A DNA stretch of 64,000 nucleotides, from NCBI RefSeq assembly GCF_000181795.1, contig NW_003526947.1, positions 478,422 through 542,421 on the forward strand, in the 5' to 3' direction. This DNA is from Trichinella spiralis (taxonomy: Eukaryota). This document shows positions 40,419 through 52,529 of the stretch, in pieces (positions within the stretch are counted from its first letter, which is position 1; every line of letters starts with the position of its first letter). A model generated the notes under the pieces. The model ran no database searches. It was not told the origin of the DNA and worked only from the letters and a program-made list of their open reading frames with translations. Both the position numbers and the translations under genes were made by a program.

Positions 40419-43400
40419 ATGAAGGCTGATGAAGGAGTCGGGCCGGTGGCTTTGTTGGTGCGCGTGGTACTCTGCTGGGGTCTGCTGATCTGCGACTGCA
40501 GCCGTGCGGCGCCGGCGCAACACCGCATACAGATGATGGTGGCCATGCCGTACGAACTGGGTCCGCCGTGGCAGAATCCGTTCCTGCTCACTCGGTCGGT
40601 TGCCGAGCCGGTGATCCAACTGGCCATTGATGACGTCAGCAGGAAGGGCTTTCTGAACAACATCGCCATCGATTTGCATTTTCGCAACACCAACTGTTCG
40701 GACACGCTCGGACCCTACTACGCGGTCGAAGCTTACTGTGCCAAGCAGCTCGACGTGGTTCTTGGCTTCGCCAGCGCGTACGCGTTGGCTCCGGTGGCTC
40801 GTCTGTCCGGCTTTTGGAGCCAGGGCGTGCCGGTGATCACCACCATTGCTCAGGTCGACTCGTTGGACGACCGTTCGGTTTACAAGCTGTTGACCCGGAT
40901 GAACGGCTCCTACCGCGAACTCGGCTCCACAATAATCCACTTGTTGCAGTTGCTCAACTACGAGACGGTCGCTTTTCTGTTTCACAGCAATTTGCGTCGG
41001 CCAGCTTTTGGCAAATCCGAATGCTTTTTCCAAATGGTCGCCATCAACAATCAACTGTTGAAAGCGAGCGGTTGGCGTCAACCACCGGTTATTGATTTCG
41101 ACGAATTTTTCGACAGCAATTATGAAGATCTACTCAAACGTGCCTCCATGTCTGCCAACGGTAAGTGGATTTCTTTTTTCCTTTTGTTCTTTTTTTTTGT
41201 ACACGCATCTACAGTAATACTGACAAAAACAATTGGTATTTCAAGAACAATTTCAATAAAATACATTTTTTTAAAGTTTTTTGTATATATGCATAAATAA
41301 TATATGATTCATTAATTGATTTAATAATTTTATTGATGTTGTTGTTGTTGTTGTTGCTGCTGAGGAAAAGAATGATGTTTATTTTTTTAATTTTTTGAAA
41401 TTGTTTTGAAAACAAAACAGTCGTATCATTTGTTTTCAAAATTTAGTGGGAAACAAAGGTAAAAAATGAAAAGTGGCAAAAGAAATTATTTTTATTAATA
41501 TACATTTTTTTATGGCATGTGTAAGCAAATTTTACTTGTTTTCTTTTTTACATTCCACATACACGAGAAAGCTCTTTTCGGTTTTGGCCATTTCTGATCG
41601 CTCGTTGCACGTGCTTTTCTGGTTGAAATTTGATATGATATATCGACAGTTGGAGCTCTGGATTGGATTGGGGAAATAATCTGGGTTTTATTTATTTATT
41701 TATTATATATTTTATTGAAATATTCTGTTTAGAAATTTCAACTTTTTGGCTTTTTATTTTGCAGAAAATTGTAGTTTTGTCTACTTTGTTTCAAGCGTTG
41801 ATTTGTTCAAGGTTGATGATTTTTATTTGATGCTCTGCGATCACGACGATACTCATTCATTGCCAACTAGCTTCGCGTTGTTGATCGTGATGAACAACAC
41901 TAAAGCGTGAAACAAGCAAGCCAGTGGGAACTTTGACCATTTTTTCTCATTTAGTTTTTTCTTTTTTTAATTAAAAATTTTATCATTGTTAAATTTTTAA
42001 TATATCCAATAATTATATTATTATTATTGGATTTATTTCTTTTAAATTTAATCTGTTGATGTATAATAATCTGTAGCTTTGGTTAATTGTTATTGAAGTA
42101 ATAAATAAATCGGTTGTGGTGGTGGTAATTGGATTGCAATAACAGCGGAGCGACGGCACAGCGGCAGAAACGGAATCATTTTGTTGTAAATAATTGCTTC
42201 AAGCATGAATAACTATTGTTCGACATGATGATGATGATGATGACGACGGTCAGTAATAAAATTGAACAAGTTGACTGTAATATTCTTATTTTTATTGTCA
42301 TTTGTTGTTGCAAAAAATTTTCTCTACCGAAAATTTGCTCCAAATTATTGATTTTCAATACCAATTAATGTACAGTATTCATCATCTTATTCAGAAGAGC
42401 AGAGTAAAGAAAAATTTTGCTTATTTTCAAAATCATCATCATCATCATCATTGTTTTGCATTTTATTTACAAATCCGTCATAAAATAGTGTTGTGAAGTG
42501 AAAGAACACGTTGTTGTGTGAAGTATAATTTCCAAGGATCGATTGGTGAAAATGGTGCATGTTTTTATTGTTGCTAATTAAAACTGTTAAATTGTTAAAG
42601 ATTGATTGCTAATAATTTAATTTAATTTAATTTTTTTTATTTTGTAATATTGCAAATTATTCAAAATTTGCATTGCAGAAAATTGCTGCATTTTCTGATG
42701 GAACGCGAGAATTATCCGTTTATATCTGAATTTATATATGCATGTAATTTTTTGGAAAAATGTCATTGTTTTGGAATTTTTCAAAAATAAAATTAACGTT
42801 ATTATTTTTTTTGTGACTTAATTCGAATATTATAAAATTGAAAGTATAAACAGTAATATTATCATCATCATCATCATGATGCACATCAGCAGCAGCAGCA
42901 GCAGCAGCAACAATAACAAACAATTAACTAACAGCTACGGCAACATTAGTATGCCAAGCAAGCAGCAATGCATATAAGATCATAAGCGGCAAGCGATGTT
43001 GAAATTTTGATCATAATCACATTGTATGTAGTGTAGTAGTTGATTGATTGATTGATTAATGAATGAATGTTAGTTTGAAATGGGCAAAAATGAAAAATTA
43101 TTGCACCGTTGTTGTTTTTCTTTTTGAAAAAAAGCATAAATTTATGTATGTAGAATAATTTCACTGCAAGCTACTCACGACGATATTACAGACCGGTAGT
43201 AATAGAATTGGATGAATTGTAACAGTTCGGCGTGAGTAGATGGCGGTGTTGTTGTTTGTCAATTAAAACGAAAAGCAAATTTCCATTTTTAGTGATCCTG
43301 ATGTGCGCATCAGTGGATACGATTGAAAATTTGATGCACGCCGCCGCCAGGCTGGGCATGACCGAATCTGGAAAATATATCTTTTTCAGTATTCACATTC

Positions 43401-46400
43401 ACTCAGAGTAAAAAAGATCAAATTTTAGAACTTTTTTTTTCAAGAAAGAGCGACAATTTCCCCCTCCCCTCCCTGCGTTTGTTTAATTAATAAATCTCTG
43501 TTACAGTATGCAAGATGATTTTTCCTGGCAATTGAGCAATGTATCTCAGGCGGAAAGAGAGCAAGATTTGAAAACGTTCGCGTCGTTGAAAATTGTCACT
43601 CTACGACGACCGTCCCAGTCGTTGTACCGTCGATTTGAAGAGGATGTGAAAGCGTTGGCTCAGAAAAAGTTCAATTACACCCAGATTACCGGCAAACCGT
43701 ACAAAGTATGCAAATTATTATATTTTCAACTTTGCATTATTTCAACGTACGGCAACAAAGCGCAGGTTACGAAATTTACCAGCGCATTCTACGACGCAAT
43801 CATGCTTTACGCTATCGCTTTGAACGAGACGCTCAGTTTGGGCTTCAGTCCCAGAAACGGTCTTGAAGTAACACGCCGGATGTGGAATCGTTCTTTTGCA
43901 GGTGAACTTTTGCAGGCAAAATTCTCTTCATCTGTCATTTCGGATTCATTTTCACCGGATGTTGTTGTTTTTGTTGTCAAATTTTTTGATAATTTTTTAA
44001 TTTCAAAGGTATCGGAGGCAACGTCACCATAAGCAAGGATGGCGATCGATTTTCCGACTATTCCGTATTGGATTTGAACCCTCAAACTGGTACTTTTGAA
44101 GTATGCGCAACAATTCTGACTAACTTGCTAACTGAATGCTGTTTCAAACCCATTACCGCCGTTCCCTCCCCTCCCCCTCCCTCCCTCCCCCCCCCCTACA
44201 AAAAAAAACAAAGACAGAAAAGTACACGCTTGAAATTCTTTTTTTCCCCTTTTTCAGGAAGTGGCTTATTATGCCGGCTCACAGGACAAGCTTTACGTGG
44301 TTGGTCAGTGGTATTGGGCAGGCGGCAGTCCACCGCCGGATCGACCAATCTGTGGTTTTGACAATTCAAAATGCCCAAGCAAAAGTGAATCGATTTGAAT
44401 TTTTTTTTAATTTTTTTTGATCCATTTTGATTTCTTTCAGATCTCTCACCGTGGGCTGTAATTTTGATCGTCTTTTCAACGCTGACCGTAATATTTGGTG
44501 TGATCGCTTTGTTCGTGTTCAGGTGAGGGAACAAAACGGCAGAGAGGTGTGTTTTGCAATTTTCGTCGAACAATATATCCAATTCCACAGACGATACAAA
44601 CTTGAAGCAGAGCTGAGAACGATGAGTTGGAGAATTTTTTGGGACGAACTTTCTGGGCAGAAGAAGCAGAACAAGTGTCGCAAGCGAAACGACAGTCGGG
44701 CGTTCCATTGGTTGTATGAGCAGAGAAATTCGCTGATCTGCGAGGAAAATTACGACGACAGTTTTACATCGTTGACAGATGTTGGTTTAAAAAATATCTA
44801 TTTATTTATGTATTCTATATATATGTATGTATACTGTGTTACAAATTTTTTAGAGTTTGTGTACGGTAGAGGGTTTGGAATTGGAAAAGGAAAAGAACGC
44901 ATTCACGAAAATTGCCAACTATCGGGTATGGGCAGTTTAGTTGCTTGCTTTGCTTCATCTCGTCCAGTGCCAATTAATTAATTAATAGTATAACACTTTT
45001 TGTTGCTGGTCATTTGTGTGCAGGGTCAAATTGTCGCCGTGAAAATGTTGAACATTCAACGAAATCGTATCGAACTCAGCCGCAAGCTGCTTATTGAATT
45101 GAAAAAAGTATATTTTTTTTTTTTTGAAAAAACGTTTCCATCTATTGCGGGCGTGAATTGTTGTTGTTAAGCTTGTGGACAATTTTTGCTTGTTTATTTT
45201 CTGTTTTGCTTTTCAGATGAAAGACTTGTCCCATGAGCATGTTACCAGATTTGTCGGAGCCTGCATCGACTCGCCTCATTATTGCATTGTCACGGAATAT
45301 TGTCCCAAAGGCAGTCTTCAGGTAATGATGATTTTCTATTTCTTATTTTCTTCTTCTTCTTCTTATTTTTCACATTTCACTACTTATGCACAGGATATAT
45401 TGGAAAATGCCGGCATCAAATTGGACAAGATGATGATCTATTCCCTGATGCACGACATAATCAAAGTAGTTTATTTTATTATTGCTTTTTTCTTTTTTTT
45501 TCTTGTCATTTTCCTCTTTCACAGTATTGTTGATATGTGCAGTAAGTAGTATGATCCAGTTATCATTTTTTGAAAAACTAACTAATGGAAAATGAGTTCC
45601 AAAAAATCTGAAATATCTCACTCAGATATATTGTTTTCTTTAAATCACACGATTCTCATGATTAACGTTTACCACACCCACACACATGCATCGGTACGGT
45701 TTCCAGGGTATGGTATTCATACATTCCACTGATATTCGCTCGCATGGGAAATTGAAGTCGACAAATTGTGTAGTGGACAGTCGCTTTGTGTTGAAAATAA
45801 CTGACTTTGGCTTGAATCATATTCACGAGCTTGAGACGGTGAAAGAGGATTTTCTGTCCAATTCATTTTGGAGAGGTAGGTACACATTTTGTGGAACAGA
45901 TTTGACCAATGAATGCGCAAATAAAATTAATTGTACATTTTATTTCAGCAAAACTGTGGACTGCTCCGGAACTTCTACGGTTAGATTGTCCACCGATGGG
46001 TGGAACGCAGAAAGGGGACGTTTACAGTTTTGCTATAATTTTGCACGAAATGTTGTTTCGTCGAGGTGTATTTTACACCAGTGATGAAAACAGTTTTGCG
46101 AGAGGTAATAATATTTGTACAATGATGATTGCTAAAAATTTGTACTTTTCTCTGTTCTGCACGTTTAGCCACACTTCACACACGCATACTGATTGATTGA
46201 CTGATTCAATTATAAAATTTATATTTTACTTTATTGCAGACATTGTGGAAAACGTTCGCATGGGTATGCAGCCACCTTTCAGACCGACCGTTTTGGAAAC
46301 GTCGTTCGATGGGGTGATTATCAGTTTGATGGTTCGCTGTTGGTCAGAGAATCCTGACGACCGACCGGACTTTCGAATGATCAGAAAACAAGTGATCTCA

Positions 46401-47878
46401 TTGACCAGGTGCAGTGTATAATATATGATTGATTGAGCATTTTTGTTTTGAATTTGTTTTTTCAAAAATTCAGAGAATTCGAAACGTCGAACATTGTCGA
46501 CAACTTGTTACGACGTATGGAGCAATATGCGAACAATTTGGAAAGCTTAGTTCAAGAACGCACGGCCGACTACCTCCAAGAGAAGCAGAAAGCGGAAAAT
46601 TTGCTCTATCAGCTGTTGCCCAAGTAAATTTTATCATTTTGCATGTTCTTCTTCTTCTTCTTCTTGTCAACTGATGAAAATTGTGAACAATGTTCGCTAT
46701 TTTGCGTGCATTTCATCATTGTAGATCCGTTGCGTCACAGTTGATCAAAGGGGAACCGGTAAAAGCTGAAGCGTTCGACTGTGTGACTATTTATTTCAGT
46801 GATATTGTCGGCTTCACTAGCCTCTGCGCGGATAGCACCCCGATGGAGGTGAGTTTCATTATCAGTTCATTTATATTTGCTCTGTTGGTATCGTTTGTAA
46901 AAGTAAATTAAAAGATTCCAACAATAAATCTATAATAAATGCAATAGAATATGCTGAAAAATTTTGACACCAGCCCATTATGCAAAAAGAAGGTGCATTT
47001 TGATTTCTATTTCCAACTTATTATTTCAATCATAGCATGCTGTATATATTTTGAAATTTTACAAATGAAAAATAATAATAATATTTGTTAATATGAATTT
47101 TTTGAAAACACATTCAAATCAAATCAAATTTATTTCTATTCGTTGACTGATATGCTGAATTGGTGGTATATATTTAGGTTGTTAATTTGCTGAATGACTT
47201 GTACACTTGTTTTGACTCGATCATCGAAAACTACGATGTATACAAGGTGAGAAATAGTGCTGTGCAGTTTGCCATTATTATTACTGATCAATTTTTAAAA
47301 AATATAAAAATATCGTTAAAAAAGTTTCAGTGATTTACTGTTTTGTACGCATGTATGTATGTATGTATGTATGTATGTGTGTGTATGTGTATTAGGTGGA
47401 GACGATCGGTGATGCTTATATGGTTGTATCTGGATTGCCAAGAAAGAACGGTGTTGCTCATGCCTTTGAAATTGCTCGCATGGCGTTGGCCTTGTTGAGC
47501 GCTGTTCGTTGTTTCACTATTGTTCACAGGCCGAAAGAGCAGCTCAAGTTGCGCATCGGGATTCACTCGGGTCCGGTGTGTGCCGGGGTTGTGGGCCTGA
47601 AAATGCCAAGATACTGCCTGTTCGGTGACACGGTTAACACGGCTAGTCGAATGGAGTCAAATGGATTGCGTACGTTGACTGACGAAATTGCTTGGCAATT
47701 ATTTAATTTTTATTATTTTTTTCTAGCACTGAAGATCCACGTAAGTTCTGCAACCAAAACGTTGCTTGATTCGTTCAACTGTTTCCAGCTCGAATATCGA
47801 GGGGAAGTGGTGATGAAAGGCAAAGGAGCTCAGGTGACTTACTGGCTTTTGGAACCAACTGAGAACCATGTCACCTAA
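40419..47878 (+). CDS. gcy-28: Receptor guanylyl cyclase, natriuretic-peptide-receptor-A/GCY-28-like (~1092 aa); exons 40419-41160, 43293-43407, 43507-43705, 43766-43901, 44009-44100, 44258-44384, 44441-44522, 44591-44780, 44854-44925, 45024-45107, 45217-45321, 45394-45465, 45707-45875, 45949-46104, 46240-46408, 46474-46623, 46725-46848, 47178-47246, 47396-47669, 47727-47878
   Basis: Signal peptide; ANF-receptor-type extracellular domain; [14 protein letters not shown] juxtamembrane motif; TM exon [23 protein letters not shown]. Kinase-homology domain ([30 protein letters not shown]), coiled coil ([16 protein letters not shown]), cyclase domain ([36 protein letters not shown]) with the GTP-specifying Glu and Cys. 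Nineteen GT-AG introns, all phases consistent; 3279 nt. Orthology to gcy-28 is from recalled similarity. Confidence 0.93.
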
Positions 47879-48496
47879 CCGTTCGTCTGTCCAGAGATCA
47901 CTTTTTACACTACGTTTCTGTTTTTTTTTCTCTCTCTCTCTCTCCTTCTCCAAAGTACTTATTTTTACTATTATTATTATTATTATTATTATTATCATGT
48001 TTCCTTAGCCTGTGCCATTTCAGCACGAAATTAGCTCATTTCACACAATTTACAACTTATTAAAAGTGCTCTACGATTTACTTTCTACGTTGCATTACTT
48101 CTGCGCTTTACATCAGTTTTCGAAATTTTGAAACAATGCAATAAATTTAGCCAAAACTGCAAGTATACATCTTCCACGCTTGGCAGTAATAGTTCAGTTC
48201 TGCGATGCTCTTCATTTTTGCACGCTTCGGTTATATCCGCTTGCATATACAATTATTATACCATCTTCTCATTGTTTTGTATATAATATCATTCAGAAAC
48301 AACCGTCAAAATGATCGTCAATAAAATAAATATATGAATGAAAATTTTCATTTTCAACGCTTAACACAATGTCAACATAATTTCAATTCGAGCGAACTCG
48401 TAATCAACTAACTAATCACAAATCAGAAACATTTCATACAACTAACAAATCATGAATAATAAATAATTCAATAAATAAGGCCTTATTAAGCGTAAT

Positions 48497-48497
48497 A

Positions 48498-48548
<51 letters not shown>

Positions 48549-48552
48549 ATAT
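48497..48552. repeat. (TA)n microsatellite
   Basis: Near-perfect TA run downstream of the guanylyl cyclase. Confidence 0.95.
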
Positions 48553-48957
48553 ACGCATTGTTTTGCAGCAAAACAAACATGCCTGCGGAAAATGTGCTGT
48601 AATTATTTCATTACTGTACAACAGAATGACAAAATATGCGCAATTACGCTTTGGGCATAGCTAAAAAAATTGTTGCATCATGCAATTCTTGCAGTAGTGG
48701 AAAGGCTTAATGCAAAGTGCGTATCTTTTCACATAATTGAAATCAAAAGAGGAGCAGTCAAGTCAGTGTACGTGAAGAAACACTGATCTTCGATTTAATA
48801 TTATATTTCTAGAATTGTTGTGTTTGAAATTTAACATTGTAGAATAAGATTGTTGAACTGAAAATATTGCACTGATGAAAGAAATGCTTTTTGTTTAAAC
48901 CACTTTCGCTAGAGCCTGATAATCTGAATCCGCTACCATAATCTGAAGTTGGTTGGT

Positions 48958-49162
48958 TGTGACGCCAGAGTTCCGTTTTACGCATGCGTTCAAGTGAGTG
49001 TTTGGTGTTTTGACGGTTTGAATGCGATTGTGTCTGACTGTATGTGCTCCGATCATGCAGTGGTCATCCCTGAATAAATCTCAACTTCCATGTGTTTTGT
49101 TGTTCTCGAATTACAGCTCACTTTTCTAATCCTGAGAAGGGTCAGAGACTTAGTCGCGCACA
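48958..49162 (+). mobile_element. Possible solo-LTR-like remnant (~205 bp)
   Basis: TGTGACGC...GTCGCGCACA termini, GC-richer than flanks, AATAAA at ~49073. The 3' GAAGGGTCAGA motif recurs in the array at ~52840. No target-site duplication. Confidence 0.35.
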
Positions 49163-49386
49163 GTCCTTGATGATACATATTTAAAATGTTCAGAAGGAAT
49201 ACCTGTCTCGTTATAGTTTGCACAATCATATTATTTTCATGAATTGAGTGGTTTTCTGCACTTGAACATTTTCATGTACCGTGCTTTGTCGAGTTGAGAA
49301 TAGGCTTCATTTGCGGAAAGCAAAATGACTGAATAATTTTTCGATCATTTATAAGGCCAATAATAACATTTATTGAGTTGTAACAG

Positions 49387-49491
49387 CTTTTCTTGCTCTA
49401 CTATATAGTAATGTATGTGGTCGTGAAAGCAATCAAAAAGGAGATCCAGGTCGAAAGGAAGAAAATGGGACAGGTGCCAATACCAGATTGA
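49387..49491 (+). pseudogene. Diverged fragment (or terminal exon) related to the 76-aa microprotein
   Basis: Reads LFLLYYIVMYVVVKAIKKEIQVERKKMGQVPIPD*. Shares hydrophobic-then-basic layout and short DNA matches (AAAAAGGAGATCCAG vs AAAAAGAAGATCCAG; GGGACAG..GCC). Preceded by an in-frame TAA and a CAG. Confidence 0.35.
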
Positions 49492-49493
49492 TT

Positions 49494-49547
49494 TTTTACG
49501 TTAGCTGATTTGAATTCAAAAACCCGCGTCGAATTAGCGGTACAATC

Positions 49548-49599
<52 letters not shown>

Positions 49600-49728
49600 A
49601 TATTGGGATTGAGGCGCGTTGTGCAATAGCTCCTGTGCGTGTTGTTAGTGCTTATATTTGTCTGTGAATAAACGTTAAAGTCCAGTGATATGCCTCGCGT
49701 CAGTAACTGGCAGAAGCTAACCGTAACA
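49494..49728 (+). mobile_element. Degenerate solo-LTR-like element (~235 bp)
   Basis: 3' end AGCTAACCGTAACA is the near reverse complement of the 5' TTTTACGTTAGCT (decayed TGTTACGG...CCGTAACA termini). Internal (TA)n at the TATA position, AATAAA at ~49667. No target-site duplication seen. Confidence 0.5.
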
Positions 49729-50280
49729 CTGGGAATTAGAATATATTGAGTTTAACTGCATATTTGAGAATAGCAGCGCAGGGATGAGAAAAATGGAAGA
49801 GATGAAATCTACTGGAGCCCATCGAAATACAATACACTATTTGATGCTATTTCTATTTAATAACAGTCTGAATTTTCATTTTCAACATATTCTTTGACCA
49901 GTTGTCGTAGCATATCCTTGCCCTCTTTGCAAGGTTGCTGCATTAGTGAAAACGTTACGTATAGTATGTGCAAGTGAAGAATGCAAAGCAAGTGCAGCGT
50001 TCACTATCATTTTTCTTCATCTGCCCCACAGTATCCTCCAAGAAGATAAATCTAATCAAACTTTAGTATATAGTACACGTTGCTTCTGGGCAAATCCATT
50101 TTCAGACCACAAAACTGAGTCGATTAAAGATGCGTAATTGGAATAGATGTTAATCTGCGTTAAAACAAAACGTTATTTTTGGCTGAGAATATTGAATTCC
50201 ATTGTAAAAATTAATGAAATGATTCTATATGCATATTTAATGGGCATGTCTGTTTTATATGTTTTCATCAGGGATGGTGC

Positions 50281-50530
50281 GGAAAAGTTCGTAGTAGTTT
50301 GCTATTAATTTCTGATCGAAATAAATCAATTGCTGTATTTTTTAGAGAAGCGCGTTTTCTCGAAAACTGCAAAATTTCATGGGCTATGGACTTGGCTGTT
50401 TTGCGAAAAACGGCGGATTGCTATTTTTCAAAATTTAGACGTTTTTTGATTGCTAGACTTTCACACTGATCGATGAAAATGTTATGCAGAGTTTCATCGG
50501 CAACTGCCCAGTAATTGTGGAATTAATGAC
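50281..50530 (+). repeat. Diverged ~250-bp repeat module X (partners ~61386-61635, ~61698-61855, partial ~62050-62190)
   Basis: Shared anchors ATAAATCAATTGC and TTTCTCGAAAA(C/T)TGCAAAATTTCATGG.CTAT.GACT, followed by similarly spaced downstream blocks. Confidence 0.75.
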
Positions 50531-51869
50531 TTCTAAATGTGGCGATTTGCCAGTCGAATATAATTCATCACCTCTACACTACCTTATTGATTCTCTGGAA
50601 GAAGCTTCATGCAAATTTTCATTTGTTTGTTCTTTGTACGCTTATTTAGCTTAAGTTTCTCTGATTGATATTAAACTTCTTACGGTGTGTTTGCAATGAC
50701 TGTCTCGACAGTTCGAAGCGGAAAATTCCTGTATTAGCAGGTTTGGTATTTCCTTATTGTTGTATGTTTTTCTAATTAATTTTTCTGCATTTATAGAAAA
50801 TGCTGTAGACCTGATGTATATGAACAAAGAGAAGATGTTGTTGGTTTAGTAAACGTGTTTGTTATATCTTGAATTTTAATTTGAATTTCTGATAATATTT
50901 TTTTTCTATAGTTTTCATAAATGTGAGCTGTAACTTATTGTGATGTTTATTAATCGGTGTAGTTTATTGTAATTATAGAATGTCTCACCCTAAGTAAAAT
51001 ATGTGATTTTAGTAAATTGTATAGCTTATCACGTTTGAACATACAATTAGCGTAGGAACGTTTAAACATCACAAACAATGTAATCAACAGTTATCAGAGA
51101 GCAATGCTACTAATGGAGATATTATTGTTTTACTATGCATATAATTTCCTCTTTTTGAGATAAATTTTGTAATGCAAAACTATAATTCAGGTTCTCTTAA
51201 ATTAAGAAGACATAAACATAGTATGGTTGTAAGAAAATAATTAGCTTTGGTTATGTGCAATAGAATAATTGTAGATAACGGGTTTTTATATTTTATAAAT
51301 GGAATTTGAATCTCATCAATGCATGCTAATGTATGCCGTGTTGGAAAGCAGTACGGTAAACGGAAGCTTTATTAGATAATATAGTTTTTAAATAGTCTAG
51401 AAATTTATTGAAAATTAATTAGAAAATTTAAAATACAACGTTAGTGCATTACTATGACTTTTCATTGCTAATTAATAAGTTAAACTGCACTGCTTAGAAA
51501 ATGGCATTCTTTTTTCAGTTTAAGCGACTGTTGTAACTTTTCATATATGTTTGAAAAACATTGATTAGAATGCTTCAAACAATGGAATAGCAAAAATGGG
51601 ATGTAATGTATTACATTAGAAACTAATAAGATGTTCTAATTCCGTAATTGTAACTAATCGTCAAATGTTTCGAAACTAATATAATATTGCGTAAGTACAA
51701 AGAAAAGATTCATTGCAAGAATTTTTTTGTTATTGTATCGAATGTATTGCGATTCTACTAATTTAGGTTTCTTGACGATCAATTGAATGGAATTCCTGAA
51801 ATTATTACTGCTAAATGATCACTATCTCCTGTGAATCTAATCTTATTCGTTGAAAATGTTTGCCTTGCT

Positions 51870-52501
51870 AAAAAGCAAACATTTCACACATTGCGGTCCC
51901 AATTACCATCTATTTCACGCAATAACCTTCAATTAATATTAAATGCATGGTTATTTGAATTTACCATCGCCAAGTAATAATGACAGAACTGCCATTTGCA
52001 TAATAAGTATTTAATGTAGCTGACCGCGGTGAAAATTGATTTGAAATGCTAAGAAATTGAATAATTTCACAATTCATGTCAAATCATTGGGCTCAAGCAT
52101 GGTATTTGTTCGAATCTTTCGAGAAATCCTCCAGTTTTTACGGTAAAACATATTCCATGCTTCACAGAAACTACAGCATATTGTAAAATAATTTTATGAT
52201 TAGTGTAAGCAACTGAGTGCCACTTTTACGTATGGAAATTTTCAATAACCCGCAATCGATGGCATTTTGAGATATTTGATAAAGTTGCCGGTTTGAGCAT
52301 TTGAAATTTATAGAAAAAAACGACTGCCATATTGCACGAAATAGCTTTCTAATGTGATAATTTTGAATAATTCTCATCTTCGAATTGTATTAAGTCAAAA
52401 AAATTCAGGAAACAACGGTTTTTGTTTTTGAAAGTTATTGTTTTTTAAATGAAAGTCAGGAACAATTCTTATTAAAATCGATTCCTTTTTTCGGGTGAAA
52501 A
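51870..52501 (+). repeat. Older diverged duplicated module Y (partner 60587-61207; partial copy 58536-58716)
   Basis: Shared anchors AAAAAGCAAACATTTCA, GCCATTTGCATAA, TATTCCATGCTT, AGCATTTGAAATTTATAGAA, ACAATTCTTATTAAA and CGGGTGAAAA in the same order and spacing. Confidence 0.8.
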
Positions 52502-52529
52502 CATTCATAATTTTGTTCATAACATTGAT

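Noticed and set aside
40323..41081. 252-aa antisense ORF (and 210-aa ORF 40073-40705)
   Set aside because: Shadow frames of the GC-rich cyclase exon 1 plus microsatellite; no recognisable domain.
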